DNA from: an uncultured Candidatus Saccharibacteria bacterium
Lineage (GTDB): Bacteria > Patescibacteriota > Saccharimonadia > Saccharimonadales > Saccharimonadaceae
Direction: 5' to 3'
Length of the DNA: 64,000 bases
NCBI GenBank assembly: GCA_963525145.1
Contig: CAURIK010000003.1
Span: forward strand, 1,040-65,039
The position numbers were made by a program, and so were the translations under genes. Below, in pieces: positions 27,562-37,182 of this stretch; within the stretch, counting starts at the first letter, position 1; the number at the start of each line of letters is the position of its first letter. The notes beneath the pieces were generated by a model. That model saw nothing but the letters and a program-made list of their open reading frames with translations, did no database searches and had not been told where the DNA came from.

Positions 27562-28065
27562 TTAACTTTGCGACTGCAGCAAATAGAGATTATGCGCGCC
27601 CGCGGTCTTATGCAAAGTAAGCCCAGCCGCCTCGAAACCGTAGCTCAACAGCCAAATATCATGTCCAAGGCGGTTAGTCTCATGCTGTAAATATTGAACC
27701 ATCTTGGCGATATCACGACCGTCACCAAAAAGGTAAACGACTGTCGTCTCGTCTGGCAGCGGCGTACGCCAAAAATTAGCTAGCCGCACCGACACTTTCT
27801 CGTCGTGCCGCGATAACCAACGTGAAATCAGTACTAGCAGCGGTTGTAGTTCGTAACCAATCGCCCGCGCGCCGCGGCGGCTCGCTTCGCGCAGCACTAC
27901 ACCGTCGCCCGAGCCAATATCCACCAACACGTCGGTTTTTTTGAGCCGATATAGCTCGTTAAAGGCCCTTTGCAGGTCGCGGCGCCGCGACGGCACATAC
28001 GGTGCGCCCGTAAAAGCGACAAAGCCAAACAGCAGCACCACGGCCGCAATGGCGGCGAAAATCAC
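27562..28065 (-). CDS. class I SAM-dependent methyltransferase with N-terminal TM
   Basis: GAPYVP and DIGSGDG motif I, G.E. Confidence 0.8.
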   Translation of the reverse strand: MIFAAIAAVVLLFGFVAFTGAPYVPSRRRDLQRAFNELYRLKKTDVLVDIGSGDGVVLREASRRGARAIGYELQPLLVLISRWLSRHDEKVSVRLANFWRTPLPDETTVVYLFGDGRDIAKMVQYLQHETNRLGHDIWLLSYGFEAAGLTLHKTAGAHNLYLLQSQS

Positions 28066-28262
28066 GCGAATTTTTCCTTGAGGACGGTAATTTTATTGCG
28101 CAAGCTGTTCAAATCTTTTTCGATATCGCTAGCTAGTTTCTCGGCTGCCTGATAGCGCTCTATCGCCTGTTCAATATCGAAGTCATCGCTTTCAAACCAC
28201 GCCACCATCTGGCGCAGCTCTTCAATTTTTTGGTTGATAGTTTTCTCATTTTTGCTTGACAT
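28062..28262 (-). CDS. xseB: exodeoxyribonuclease VII small subunit
   Basis: 66 aa, EL..V..E....IE.A...Y pattern; follows xseA. Confidence 0.85.
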   Translation of the reverse strand: MSSKNEKTINQKIEELRQMVAWFESDDFDIEQAIERYQAAEKLASDIEKDLNSLRNKITVLKEKFA

Positions 28263-29346
28263 TTTTAACCTCCGCTTTGATAATTATTTTTTCTTCCTCG
28301 ATACTAATAATTTCGCCTATTTCGATCGAACCGCGCACAATCGCGTAACCACGCGCCAGCGCCAACTGCGGATTGTACGCCGCCAAAATCCGCTGGAATT
28401 GCTTGATTTCGCTCGTTAAAACGTCAGTTCTGCTATCTAGATATAGCAATGCGCGCTGCCGCAAGTTGTCAACCTCACTACTTAAATCGCCAATCGCTGA
28501 CTCCGTCCGATAGGCCATGCCGTCAACCAGCGCTTTTATTTCTCGCAGCAGTTCTCGCCGGTCTGGCACGATAATTTGCGCCGCGTTGCTCGGCGTAGAA
28601 GCCCGCACATCGGCAGCCAAGTCCGCCAGCGTCATATCGACCTCGTGTCCAATACCGACCAATGTCGGCACGCGGCTGGCAGCAATCGCTCTAACCAACA
28701 ATTCATCGTTAAACGTATTCAAATCGTCAGCACTACCGCCGCCACGAATGATCACCAGCACTTCGGGCGGCGTTTGACTCTCATTAAAACGATTAATTGC
28801 CGCAACAATTTGATCAGCCGCCGCCTCGCCCTGCACTTGAACATGCGCTACGTCAATCTGCAAGCCACCCCAGCGCTCATTTACGATTTTGATAAAGTCC
28901 GCGTAGCCTGCCGCCTGAGCGCTGCTTATCACGCCGATACGCGCTGGAATTTGTGGCAAAGAACGCTTGCGCTCCGTAGCAAATATTCCTTCCTTCTCGA
29001 GTTTAGCGTGCAGCAGCTGGAAACTTTTGCGCAAGCTGCCCTCGCCTAACGGACGGTAATTTTGCACGGTCACGCTGAATTTGCCCCACTTCGTTACTTT
29101 AGGCTGCGCCCGCACCACCAGTTTCATGCCGTCTTCAATCGGCGTTCGCAGTTGATAAACTGGCATAAAGCAACCGACGCTCGCTTCCTCGTCTTTCAAG
29201 TCGAAAAACACCCATTTACCTTGATTTACTTTGAAGCTGGCAACCTCGCCCTCAATCTCAACAGCGCTGCACGAAAACTCCAGCACTTGATTAATCAGCT
29301 CGACGAAACCGCTAACGCCGAACCTTGGAATCGGATTTTCGTCCAT
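28246..29346 (-). CDS. xseA: exodeoxyribonuclease VII large subunit
   Basis: OB fold, VQG, RGGGS..DL..FN, GIGHE.D, TPS.AA and LARGY. Confidence 0.93.
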   Translation of the reverse strand: MDENPIPRFGVSGFVELINQVLEFSCSAVEIEGEVASFKVNQGKWVFFDLKDEEASVGCFMPVYQLRTPIEDGMKLVVRAQPKVTKWGKFSVTVQNYRPLGEGSLRKSFQLLHAKLEKEGIFATERKRSLPQIPARIGVISSAQAAGYADFIKIVNERWGGLQIDVAHVQVQGEAAADQIVAAINRFNESQTPPEVLVIIRGGGSADDLNTFNDELLVRAIAASRVPTLVGIGHEVDMTLADLAADVRASTPSNAAQIIVPDRRELLREIKALVDGMAYRTESAIGDLSSEVDNLRQRALLYLDSRTDVLTSEIKQFQRILAAYNPQLALARGYAIVRGSIEIGEIISIEEEKIIIKAEVKNVKQK

Positions 29347-30367
29347 ATTTCACTATTGTTAGCTGGTAAAATACATAGCCTAGCAGCAGCGCCGTCAGCA
29401 GCACAATTACCCGGTAAAGCACAATCGCTGCAATCGACTGGCCGCTACCTATACCTGATAAAGCCAAAACACTAACCATAATTGCCTCGTAGGCGCCCGT
29501 TCCGCCCGGCGTTACCACAATGAATCCAGCAATTGTCGCTATGCCATAAGCAATCAAAATCGACGCCGGGTTGACACTCATTCCCAACGCCTGGAAAGTA
29601 ATCCAGATTGGCGCGATCTCGGTAGCGGTAAATAACATCGCCCACAAAAATGGCTTCAGCAGCACGCGCTTGTCACTCTTTAGCTCGTTAAAATCGTCAT
29701 GCATATCATAGAAAAACTTCTCTATCGACTCCCGCTTCAACACCACCTGCGGCCGCCGCGCAAAAAATGACGCCGTACCGTTAGTTATCATCGTAATCCT
29801 CTTGGCTAATTTTTTCATCCGGTGGACGCTATTCAAAAAGTAGGCGCCCAGCAGCGTCGCCATCACCAGCAAAAATACCAGCGTTGAGCTCATCAAAATT
29901 ATCCAGCGGTTAACACGGCCGTCAATCGTCACCATCAAAACAGAAACTACCAAAAAGACCACAATCGCCATAAACCCCACCACATAACGCACAAATTGCG
30001 CCATCGTCGCCCGTCCGATTGGCACACCGTACTTGCCTAAGCGCCAGTTAGCATACGAAATACCGCTGACACCGCCGCTAGGAAAAGCATGATTAACAAA
30101 ATTTAACTCTAGCGATATGCGTGCCAGAGTTGCCGGATTAATATTCTTCACGAAGCCTTTCTGACGCAAATACGAAAAAATCATCTCGCCAGTCGCCAAA
30201 TATCCGGCCGCAATAATTGGCAACATCCACACAAGCTTGCCAAGGTCAATTTTACCTAGCAAACCCCAAGCATATACCAGTTCGCTTCTAGCTAAAAAAA
30301 GTATCAAAGCAATCAACAGCAACGTGGCAATACTCAACCACAATCGAAAAGACAGTCTCCTTTTCAT
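29312..30367 (-). CDS. lysylphosphatidylglycerol synthase TM / flippase-like (UPF0104) protein
   Basis: Multi-TM, N...PSGG, TPGG.G..E and YR motifs; start MKRRL. Confidence 0.75.
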   Translation of the reverse strand: MKRRLSFRLWLSIATLLLIALILFLARSELVYAWGLLGKIDLGKLVWMLPIIAAGYLATGEMIFSYLRQKGFVKNINPATLARISLELNFVNHAFPSGGVSGISYANWRLGKYGVPIGRATMAQFVRYVVGFMAIVVFLVVSVLMVTIDGRVNRWIILMSSTLVFLLVMATLLGAYFLNSVHRMKKLAKRITMITNGTASFFARRPQVVLKRESIEKFFYDMHDDFNELKSDKRVLLKPFLWAMLFTATEIAPIWITFQALGMSVNPASILIAYGIATIAGFIVVTPGGTGAYEAIMVSVLALSGIGSGQSIAAIVLYRVIVLLTALLLGYVFYQLTIVKYGRKSDSKVRR

Positions 30368-30373
30368 ACAATC

Positions 30374-30383
30374 TAGTATACTA
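30374..30383. promoter_or_regulatory. bidirectional -10 element TAGTATACTA
   Basis: Palindrome gives TATACT on both strands, 6 and 7 nt from divergent ATGs at 30389 and 30367. Confidence 0.7.
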
Positions 30384-30388
30384 TATTT

Positions 30389-31573
30389 ATGCATATCACA
30401 ATACTTGGCCGCCAGCCAGCACTTGGAGTAGCCGAGCTAGAACAGCTCTACGGTGCTGACAATGTCCGATGGTTTTCGCAGCAAGCAGCGCTTGTAGATT
30501 CGCCTGATTTTGACTTCGAGACCCTCGGCGGCAGCCAAAAAGCCGGCCGGGTCGTTCTCGAACTCGACCGCGGCAATTGGCTAACCGCCAGCCGCCAAAT
30601 CGTTCAGCACTACGCCGCCAAATGGCGCGCCAGCGAGCATAAAATAACTCTTGGCATCAGCGCTTACGGCTTCAAAATCTCGCCGCGTGATGTCCAAAAA
30701 ACCGGCTTGCTTATCAAGAAAAAATTACGCGACAGCGGCACTAGCTTACGCCTTATCCCGAACCCAGAAATCGCCCTTAACACCGCTACTAGCCATCACA
30801 ACAAGCTTGGGCTATCGCCGACGAAAGTTGAGCTGCTAGTCGTCCGAGCACCAAATAACCGTCTCATTATCGCTGAAAGTGTCGGCGCCCAGAACATTAC
30901 TGCACTGGCCGCCCGCGACCAAGCTCGCCCGCGCACCGATGCTTTCGTCGGTATGCTGCCACCGAAATTAGCGCGGATGATGATAAATCTATCTGGCGAG
31001 ACAAAACCTGGCCGCCTCTGGGACCCTTTTTGCGGTACTGGCACCGTTCTCCAAGAGGCGCGGCTCAAGGGAATAGACGTCTACGGCAGCGACCTAAGCC
31101 AAAAAATGGTTGATTATGCCACAGAAAACATGCAGTGGCTCGATAATAAATACCAAATCAACCCCCAGTGGCAGATCTTCCAAGCTGACGCCACCGCTGT
31201 CAAGCTCAACGCCGTTCAAAAATCTGAAATCACCCGCATCGTCTGCGAAGCCTACCTCGGCCAGCCCTTCTCAGCCCCGCCAAAACCCGCCAAGCTCACC
31301 GCAGTCCGCGGCAATTGCAATCACATCATCAGCCAATTTTTAGTAAATATCCGCTCGCAAATTAATCTGAATACAACGCTAGTTGTCGCCGTGCCCGCCT
31401 GGCGCGACCATAGTGGTAAATTTACACATTTACCGCTTATTGATCAGTTAGCAGATTTAGGCTACCGACGCCTACATCTAAACTTAGTCAGCGACGAGCA
31501 GCTACTCTACTACCGCCAGAACCAGGTAGTGGCACGAGAAATCTTACTGCTTAAACCTCTCGATGAAAGTTAA
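30389..31573 (+). CDS. Trm11/TrmG10-like SAM-dependent RNA methyltransferase
   Basis: RP......LPPKLARMMINL, DPFCGTG and GSD motifs. Confidence 0.7.
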   Translation: MHITILGRQPALGVAELEQLYGADNVRWFSQQAALVDSPDFDFETLGGSQKAGRVVLELDRGNWLTASRQIVQHYAAKWRASEHKITLGISAYGFKISPRDVQKTGLLIKKKLRDSGTSLRLIPNPEIALNTATSHHNKLGLSPTKVELLVVRAPNNRLIIAESVGAQNITALAARDQARPRTDAFVGMLPPKLARMMINLSGETKPGRLWDPFCGTGTVLQEARLKGIDVYGSDLSQKMVDYATENMQWLDNKYQINPQWQIFQADATAVKLNAVQKSEITRIVCEAYLGQPFSAPPKPAKLTAVRGNCNHIISQFLVNIRSQINLNTTLVVAVPAWRDHSGKFTHLPLIDQLADLGYRRLHLNLVSDEQLLYYRQNQVVAREILLLKPLDES

Positions 31574-31625
31574 AAGCAGCCCGCTCACTAAGCCCGCGCC
31601 TGTTTCATTATTAATTCTCAGAAGC

Positions 31626-31654
31626 TTGACATTTCCGATAGCTTCGCGTACAAT
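31626..31654 (+). promoter_or_regulatory. rpmA promoter TTGACA-N17-TACAAT
   Basis: Near-consensus hexamers. Confidence 0.75.
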
Positions 31655-31690
31655 AGCATAGATTGTCTTATATTAAATTAAAGGAGTTTT

Positions 31691-31963
31691 ATGTCACACG
31701 TTAAAGCTGGCGGTTCGAGCGATAATACCCACAAAAGTGCTGGTAGGCGCAATGGCGTCAAGCGTTTCGGCGGGCAAAAAGTCAACCAGGGCGAGGTGCT
31801 AGTTCGCCAGACTGGCAGCACCAAAGTTGCCGGCCCAGGTACTTACATCAGCCGCAACTACACTATTCACGCAGCCAAGAGCGGCACCGTAGTTTTCAAA
31901 CATATAAAGAAGCCATCGTTCACTGGCAATACTCACCCGCGAACCCAAGTTTGCGTTGAATAA
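31691..31963 (+). CDS. rpmA: 50S ribosomal protein L27
   Basis: H.KAGGS, GVKRFGGQ.V..G..LVRQ.G; AAGGAG SD. Confidence 0.95.
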   Translation: MSHVKAGGSSDNTHKSAGRRNGVKRFGGQKVNQGEVLVRQTGSTKVAGPGTYISRNYTIHAAKSGTVVFKHIKKPSFTGNTHPRTQVCVE

Positions 31964-32008
31964 GCTAGGTTCATTAGGTGTACTACCTTGGCTAGCGAGA
32001 TACCGCTA

Positions 32009-33043
32009 CTAGCCTTGTTCGTTGTTTTCTTGGCGCTTTACTGATACGTTCATGAGTCTTTGCAGTTCTGCGATACTTTTGTTCAGCTGTAAAGCATGCT
32101 GTGAGTATTCTTCGTCACTGATACGTCTTGAAAAGCCTTGCTCAGCAACATTATTCATTACTACCAAAGAGAGTCTAACCTGGTCTATGGCATTGCCCAG
32201 GCGAGCCGCTTCGTCCTGTGGTAAATCACCGCCGACCTTCTCTACAGTAGCACTGAACCTATTAAGCGCAGTTGAGATACCTGACGTATACTCTTGTATG
32301 CGCCCAAATAGCACAGGAGCTCGCAAAGTATTTGCCGTGTTCAGCACTCTAACCAAATCCTTTGCCACGCCCGCCATATTTCGTATAGCAGACTGTGTAG
32401 TGTCCGCTTCTGCCAGCCTTTTTAGCGCCTCGGAGCCACTAGGAGACTGCTTATCTGATACTTCTGGCGATTCATTTGGATCTTGCTCATCTGAGCTCCC
32501 CGGCTCCTCTTGATTTTCTGGCGCGACAGATTCGCTTTCAGTATCGGCGACAGACGAATCGCCGTCTGCACGTTCAATCGACTCGTCTGCAGGTTCGCTG
32601 GAATCTGAACGTTCAGAATTAGATTCTGGCTCGCCAAGAGAATCGGCCGGCGGTTTACCAGTAGGATTTTCGAGCATATCAACCGCCCGAAACGCCGTAC
32701 GGCCAATACCGAGAGCGAGTCTAGTTTCGGCGGCTTGGGTTTCTAAAGATGGTATTGGAGCTTCCGGCTTTGCGTCTTCTCTAGCTTTCAAAGCTCGGCG
32801 CAAAGCCGCCAATGGGTCTTCTGGCTGATTGCTAGCCGCTGGAGCTTCTGGCCTTGAATGCTGATCAGCGGTTTCCTGCTGACCGCTGCTCTCCGAATAC
32901 TCCGACTCTGCATACTGATCAGCAGCTTCGGCCGGACTTTCTGGTTGGCTAGCCGCCAAATCTTCCGGTTTTGAACATCGATCAGCAGTTTTCTGCAAAT
33001 CTTCTAAATTTGCGCCATGTATGTTTAGTTCGTTATTTGCCAT
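32009..33043 (-). CDS. hypothetical protein with acidic low-complexity N-terminus
   Basis: 344-aa ORF; promoter TTGACA-N17-TATAAC at 33107-33079. Confidence 0.75.
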   Translation of the reverse strand: MANNELNIHGANLEDLQKTADRCSKPEDLAASQPESPAEAADQYAESEYSESSGQQETADQHSRPEAPAASNQPEDPLAALRRALKAREDAKPEAPIPSLETQAAETRLALGIGRTAFRAVDMLENPTGKPPADSLGEPESNSERSDSSEPADESIERADGDSSVADTESESVAPENQEEPGSSDEQDPNESPEVSDKQSPSGSEALKRLAEADTTQSAIRNMAGVAKDLVRVLNTANTLRAPVLFGRIQEYTSGISTALNRFSATVEKVGGDLPQDEAARLGNAIDQVRLSLVVMNNVAEQGFSRRISDEEYSQHALQLNKSIAELQRLMNVSVKRQENNEQG

Positions 33044-33206
33044 GTGTATTTTTCTGTTTTAATCTTTATACTCTTTTTGTTATAGCAAAAAATACACAAT
33101 TTGTCAATAAACTAACGCTAATCCACTCCTTTGCAGATTACAAACTAGACAGAGATCCTGAGAGGCTCTGCATAACGCGGTCTCCGCCCAAAAATAGCAG
33201 CTATTT

Positions 33207-33593
33207 CTAAGCCGCCATACCCAAATGATAGCGCACCCGCTCGACGACATCACCGATAACTACCTGCGATTTCACTAAATAATCGTCAACACCGAGTTGC
33301 TCGGCGCGCTCTTTGTCTTTGGGCTGGCTAAGCGCTGTCAGCATGATCACTCGGATGTTAGTAGTCTCCGGCGTATTACGCAAAATATCCAAAACATCAA
33401 AACCGCTAATTTTCGGCATCATAACGTCCAGCAAAATCAAGTCAGGATGCTCAGAAACTGCTAACGACAGCGCGTCCTCGCCATTATTTGCTTCACAGAC
33501 GTCAAAACCCTCCAGTTCAAGACGCGACCGATATACCGATGCTAGCGCAGTGTCATCTTCTACTAGCAAAATCTTGCGTTTGCGTGTATCCAT
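33207..33593 (-). CDS. single-domain response regulator
   Basis: ILLVEDD, LLDVMMP, MLT and YLVK. Confidence 0.9.
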   Translation of the reverse strand: MDTRKRKILLVEDDTALASVYRSRLELEGFDVCEANNGEDALSLAVSEHPDLILLDVMMPKISGFDVLDILRNTPETTNIRVIMLTALSQPKDKERAEQLGVDDYLVKSQVVIGDVVERVRYHLGMAA

Positions 33594-33632
33594 AGTTTAT
33601 ATAGTATACCAGCCTGGCGATAAGCACAAGGG

Positions 33633-34850
33633 CTATGACGCTAATTCTTTAGCGCGCGCCATTTGCGGGTCGCGCCCAGCGTTATTATCATCCGAGCTCA
33701 TCTTGACCGTCTGGTTCGGCTGAATGCCTTCTTTGGTGATGTTTCTGTCTTGCGGCGTGTACCAGCGGGCCACTGTCACCTTGAGAATGCGGTCGTCGGA
33801 TAGGTTGATCACCTTTTGCACCGTGCCTTTACCAAAGGTTTTCTCGCCAACCAAAGTAGCTGCCTGATAATCTTTCAGCGCGCCGGCCACAATCTCGCTA
33901 GCACTAGCCGAGCTGCCATTAACGAGCACGATGGTTTTCTTGCCTTTGAGCGTAGGATTGCCCGAAGCCTTAACCGTTTCGGTCACCTGGCCGCGGCTTT
34001 TCTCGGTAACGACCGTCTTGCCGTTATCTAGCCATAGACTCGCTACTTCTTGCGCTGCCGTCAAATAGCCGCCGCCGTTGTTACGCAAATCAACAATCAC
34101 ACCCTTAACACTTTTGTCAATGAACTCTTTAGCGGCTTTGCGGGCTAGCGAACCAGTATTGTCGTCAAAGCGCGAGATCGTCAAGATACCAATATCATCG
34201 CTAACCGACCAACGGACGCTAGGATCGCTAATTTGGGCCCGCGTAATCGAAAAATCTAGCGATTCGCTGCCGCGGCGCATAGTTAGCTTGACGGTCGTGC
34301 CCGCTTCGCCAGTAACCTTATCAGCCACGCCACTAGCCGTCTCGCCCGCTACTGACGTACCGTTCACAGCCACAAAGATATCGCCCGTTTTAAGGCCGGC
34401 TTTCTTGGCTGGAGAGTCATCGAGAACTCGCAGTACCGTCGGCTGCAAATTACGCACGCCGATTTCGGCACCAATGCCAGAAACTTCGCCGTTTAGACTT
34501 TTGTTAAATTCTGCCGCTTCTTCCTTATCTAGAAATGTCGTGTAGTCGTCGCCGACCGCTTTAACCATGCCGCGAGCCGCCCCGTCAGACAGCTTATTAG
34601 CGTCCAAATCACCGTCATAATTCGCCGCTAGTTGACGATAAGCTTCTTTCATCACCTCGGTATCAAGCGGCTGCTTAGCCACCTTGATGCCAAAAATCGG
34701 CGCTGCTATCTGATAGATTTCTTCGCTGCGCGTACCAGCCGCAAACGATACGATTATCGCCAAGACCAACGACGCAAAGAAAACACCCTGTGAAACCTTC
34801 CGCTGCCGAGGCTTCCGCCCCTTATTTTCAACTCCCTGTTCGTTTGCCAT
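33633..34850 (-). CDS. ctpA: S41 carboxy-terminal processing peptidase
   Basis: PDZ GIG, DLRNNGGG, SASASE and TFGKG motifs. Confidence 0.9.
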   Translation of the reverse strand: MANEQGVENKGRKPRQRKVSQGVFFASLVLAIIVSFAAGTRSEEIYQIAAPIFGIKVAKQPLDTEVMKEAYRQLAANYDGDLDANKLSDGAARGMVKAVGDDYTTFLDKEEAAEFNKSLNGEVSGIGAEIGVRNLQPTVLRVLDDSPAKKAGLKTGDIFVAVNGTSVAGETASGVADKVTGEAGTTVKLTMRRGSESLDFSITRAQISDPSVRWSVSDDIGILTISRFDDNTGSLARKAAKEFIDKSVKGVIVDLRNNGGGYLTAAQEVASLWLDNGKTVVTEKSRGQVTETVKASGNPTLKGKKTIVLVNGSSASASEIVAGALKDYQAATLVGEKTFGKGTVQKVINLSDDRILKVTVARWYTPQDRNITKEGIQPNQTVKMSSDDNNAGRDPQMARAKELAS

Positions 34851-34856
34851 AATCAT

Positions 34857-34891
34857 AATTATAGCGCACTCTGGCTGAGTACGCTATAATT
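34857..34891 (-). terminator. hairpin after the CHAP gene, containing the ctpA -10
   Basis: AATTATAGCG-c-ACTC-tggct-GAGT-a-CGCTATAATT. Confidence 0.6.
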
Positions 34892-34914
34892 TACCGCTTA
34901 TTATCTTGATCTCG

Positions 34915-36072
34915 CTAGAAATATATATAAGTTAGCCCAGCACTTGAACGCGTGTAGTAGTGATAGCGGCCCCAGCCTAAACCGTCGATATTATTGTTAT
35001 AGTCGCTAACAGTAATCGTACCATCGCCATTAACTGCTTCGACATACATAGCATGACCATAAGCACCAACATACTGGATAGCTACCGAGCCAGCTTTTGG
35101 CGTTGGGCCGTTTGCAATACCATAGCGAGACGTTGTGCTCGGCCACTGATTAGCGTTACCTGCCCCGCCAAAATGCGGTACGTAACGGCCAGTACTAGCT
35201 ACCTTCCAGGCGGTGTAGCTGACGCATTCGCGATTATAGAGGCCCCAGTTATCAACTATCGTATCTTGCTCGGCATTGGCCCAAACCGACGGATATCCGC
35301 CGCCACTAGCCGAGCCCGTACCAATATTAGTGGAGCCTGAAGCACGGGCAGCTGCAGCCATAGCAGCAGCCTGCTGAGCGCGAACACTGCTGATTTCACT
35401 ATTACGCTTGGCAACTAAGCTATTGTAAGCTGATTCTTCGCCGCGCGTGTCCGAAACTAATTTAGCCTGTTCAGCCTCTTTGGCAGCTAGCGCGGATTTT
35501 TGCGACTTCTGGTCGCGTAGTACGTTCTCGACTTGCTTTTTCTGCTTTTCGAGCTGCGCTTTGAGCGATTTAATCTGTTTAATCTTGGTGCTCAGATTGT
35601 CCTGCATTGACGAGCGGTATTCTTGCTTGTCAACGTAATCGCCGATGTTTTTGCTGCTAGCCAGCATCTCGAGCGGCGAGATTGAGCTATCAACGTACAT
35701 ATCGGCAACAATTTCGCCAAGAGCTTCTTTGTTAATCTCGATTTTCTTTTCGGTAGCAGCGATATCTTTCTCAAGCTTATCGCGCTTAGCTTGGCTAGTA
35801 TTAATTTGCGCTTGGATTTCATTTTTTTGCTTGGTTAATACATCAAGCTGCGCTTGCAGCGTTGACGCCAGCGCGCCAAGCGTCGCCGCCTGCTGCTGAT
35901 ATGAATCAGCTTCTGATTGAAGTTTTTTGACCTGTTCGTCGTACTGGTCGGCCAACACGTTTTGCGCGAAGGCAACCGGTATACTTGCGCTCATCAAAAC
36001 AGCTGCTGCGACGATTGACGACTTCGCAACGTGCCGCCTTGACGAAACTGGTGTGGTGGACCTATGTTTCAT
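34915..36072 (-). CDS. PcsB/CwlO-like coiled-coil CHAP peptidoglycan hydrolase
   Basis: Signal peptide, long coiled coil, RECVSY..W, GNA.QW and YGH..YVE; downstream of ftsX. Confidence 0.88.
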   Translation of the reverse strand: MKHRSTTPVSSRRHVAKSSIVAAAVLMSASIPVAFAQNVLADQYDEQVKKLQSEADSYQQQAATLGALASTLQAQLDVLTKQKNEIQAQINTSQAKRDKLEKDIAATEKKIEINKEALGEIVADMYVDSSISPLEMLASSKNIGDYVDKQEYRSSMQDNLSTKIKQIKSLKAQLEKQKKQVENVLRDQKSQKSALAAKEAEQAKLVSDTRGEESAYNSLVAKRNSEISSVRAQQAAAMAAAARASGSTNIGTGSASGGGYPSVWANAEQDTIVDNWGLYNRECVSYTAWKVASTGRYVPHFGGAGNANQWPSTTSRYGIANGPTPKAGSVAIQYVGAYGHAMYVEAVNGDGTITVSDYNNNIDGLGWGRYHYYTRSSAGLTYIYF

Positions 36073-36147
36073 ACCTCTAGCGTAACAAAGCATTACCGCT
36101 TTGTCAATAAAGCTACGTCGAATAAGCACCCCCTTTCGTAAATTACT

Positions 36148-37182
36148 CTACAATTTGAGATAACGCCGAGTGGCCAGTGTCGAGGAAATGATCCCAATCA
36201 ACGAGCCTAACAACATCATACTTAGCAGGACCAGCAGCAAATTATTTACCAGAAAGTGCGATGTAGCTACAGCAGCAATTCCATAAGCCTGTAATTTGCC
36301 AGAAATCGTCGCGAAAACCCCTACCCCTATAGCGGTCGCTACAACCGCAGCAATACAACCATACACCATCGCTTCTACCAAAAACGGGCCGCGAATGAAG
36401 CTTTTATCAGCACCGATAAGTTTCATCATCTCGATCTCGCTTTTACGGTTGAATATTGCCATTCTAATGGTATTAAAAACAATCAACGAAGATATTACGA
36501 CAAAGAGAACGCTCGCTGCCAAACCAGCCCGCTGCGCAAAATCTGTCCAGCGGCCGATATTTTCGATAGCGTCGCGCCGGTCGCCAGCAAACGATGGTTC
36601 GCGCTTATCATCAATAATTTTTTTGAGCGGCTTATTAGTTTTGACAAAATCACTAAGACTGTCGGTGTCATTGATATTCTCTAGATTAACGCGAATCACT
36701 GCTGGCATTTTATTAGCAGCTTGATTAAGGGCATCTAGTATATCTTGGTCGGCTTTGTTGTCTTCGGCGCTTTGTTGGCGCGCTTTTTCCGAGGAAACGA
36801 ATTCAACGCGCTCGACATTGTGCAACTTGCGCAAATCGGCAATAATCGGTTTAGCCTGCTCTTCGGTGGTGCCCGTTTTGAGATAAATTGACATATCGAC
36901 TTTTTTACTCAGCTCTGTTACCGAATCTGCCAAAATATTGCGCGCCACCACCGTAGTAAAGATAATCAGCAACGTAATCGTCATCACCGCGGTAGCCGCA
37001 ATGGTTAGCCAAGCATTACGAGTGAAGTTATTGACGCCGTAGCGGCACATTCGCACGAAAGTCAGCCATTTGCGCTGGCGGCTGCGCCTTTGTCTGGTCA
37101 AGGCGCGCGCACCGGTATTTTTTTTGTCCTCGCGGCGGCTTTTCTTTTTGGTGGCCGCTGTCTTGACTTTGTCTCGTCTCAT
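36148..37182 (-). CDS. ftsX: cell division permease FtsX
   Basis: RN.W, NTIR.AI..R..EI..MKL.GA...FIR.PF. Confidence 0.92.
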   Translation of the reverse strand: MRRDKVKTAATKKKSRREDKKNTGARALTRQRRSRQRKWLTFVRMCRYGVNNFTRNAWLTIAATAVMTITLLIIFTTVVARNILADSVTELSKKVDMSIYLKTGTTEEQAKPIIADLRKLHNVERVEFVSSEKARQQSAEDNKADQDILDALNQAANKMPAVIRVNLENINDTDSLSDFVKTNKPLKKIIDDKREPSFAGDRRDAIENIGRWTDFAQRAGLAASVLFVVISSLIVFNTIRMAIFNRKSEIEMMKLIGADKSFIRGPFLVEAMVYGCIAAVVATAIGVGVFATISGKLQAYGIAAVATSHFLVNNLLLVLLSMMLLGSLIGIISSTLATRRYLKL

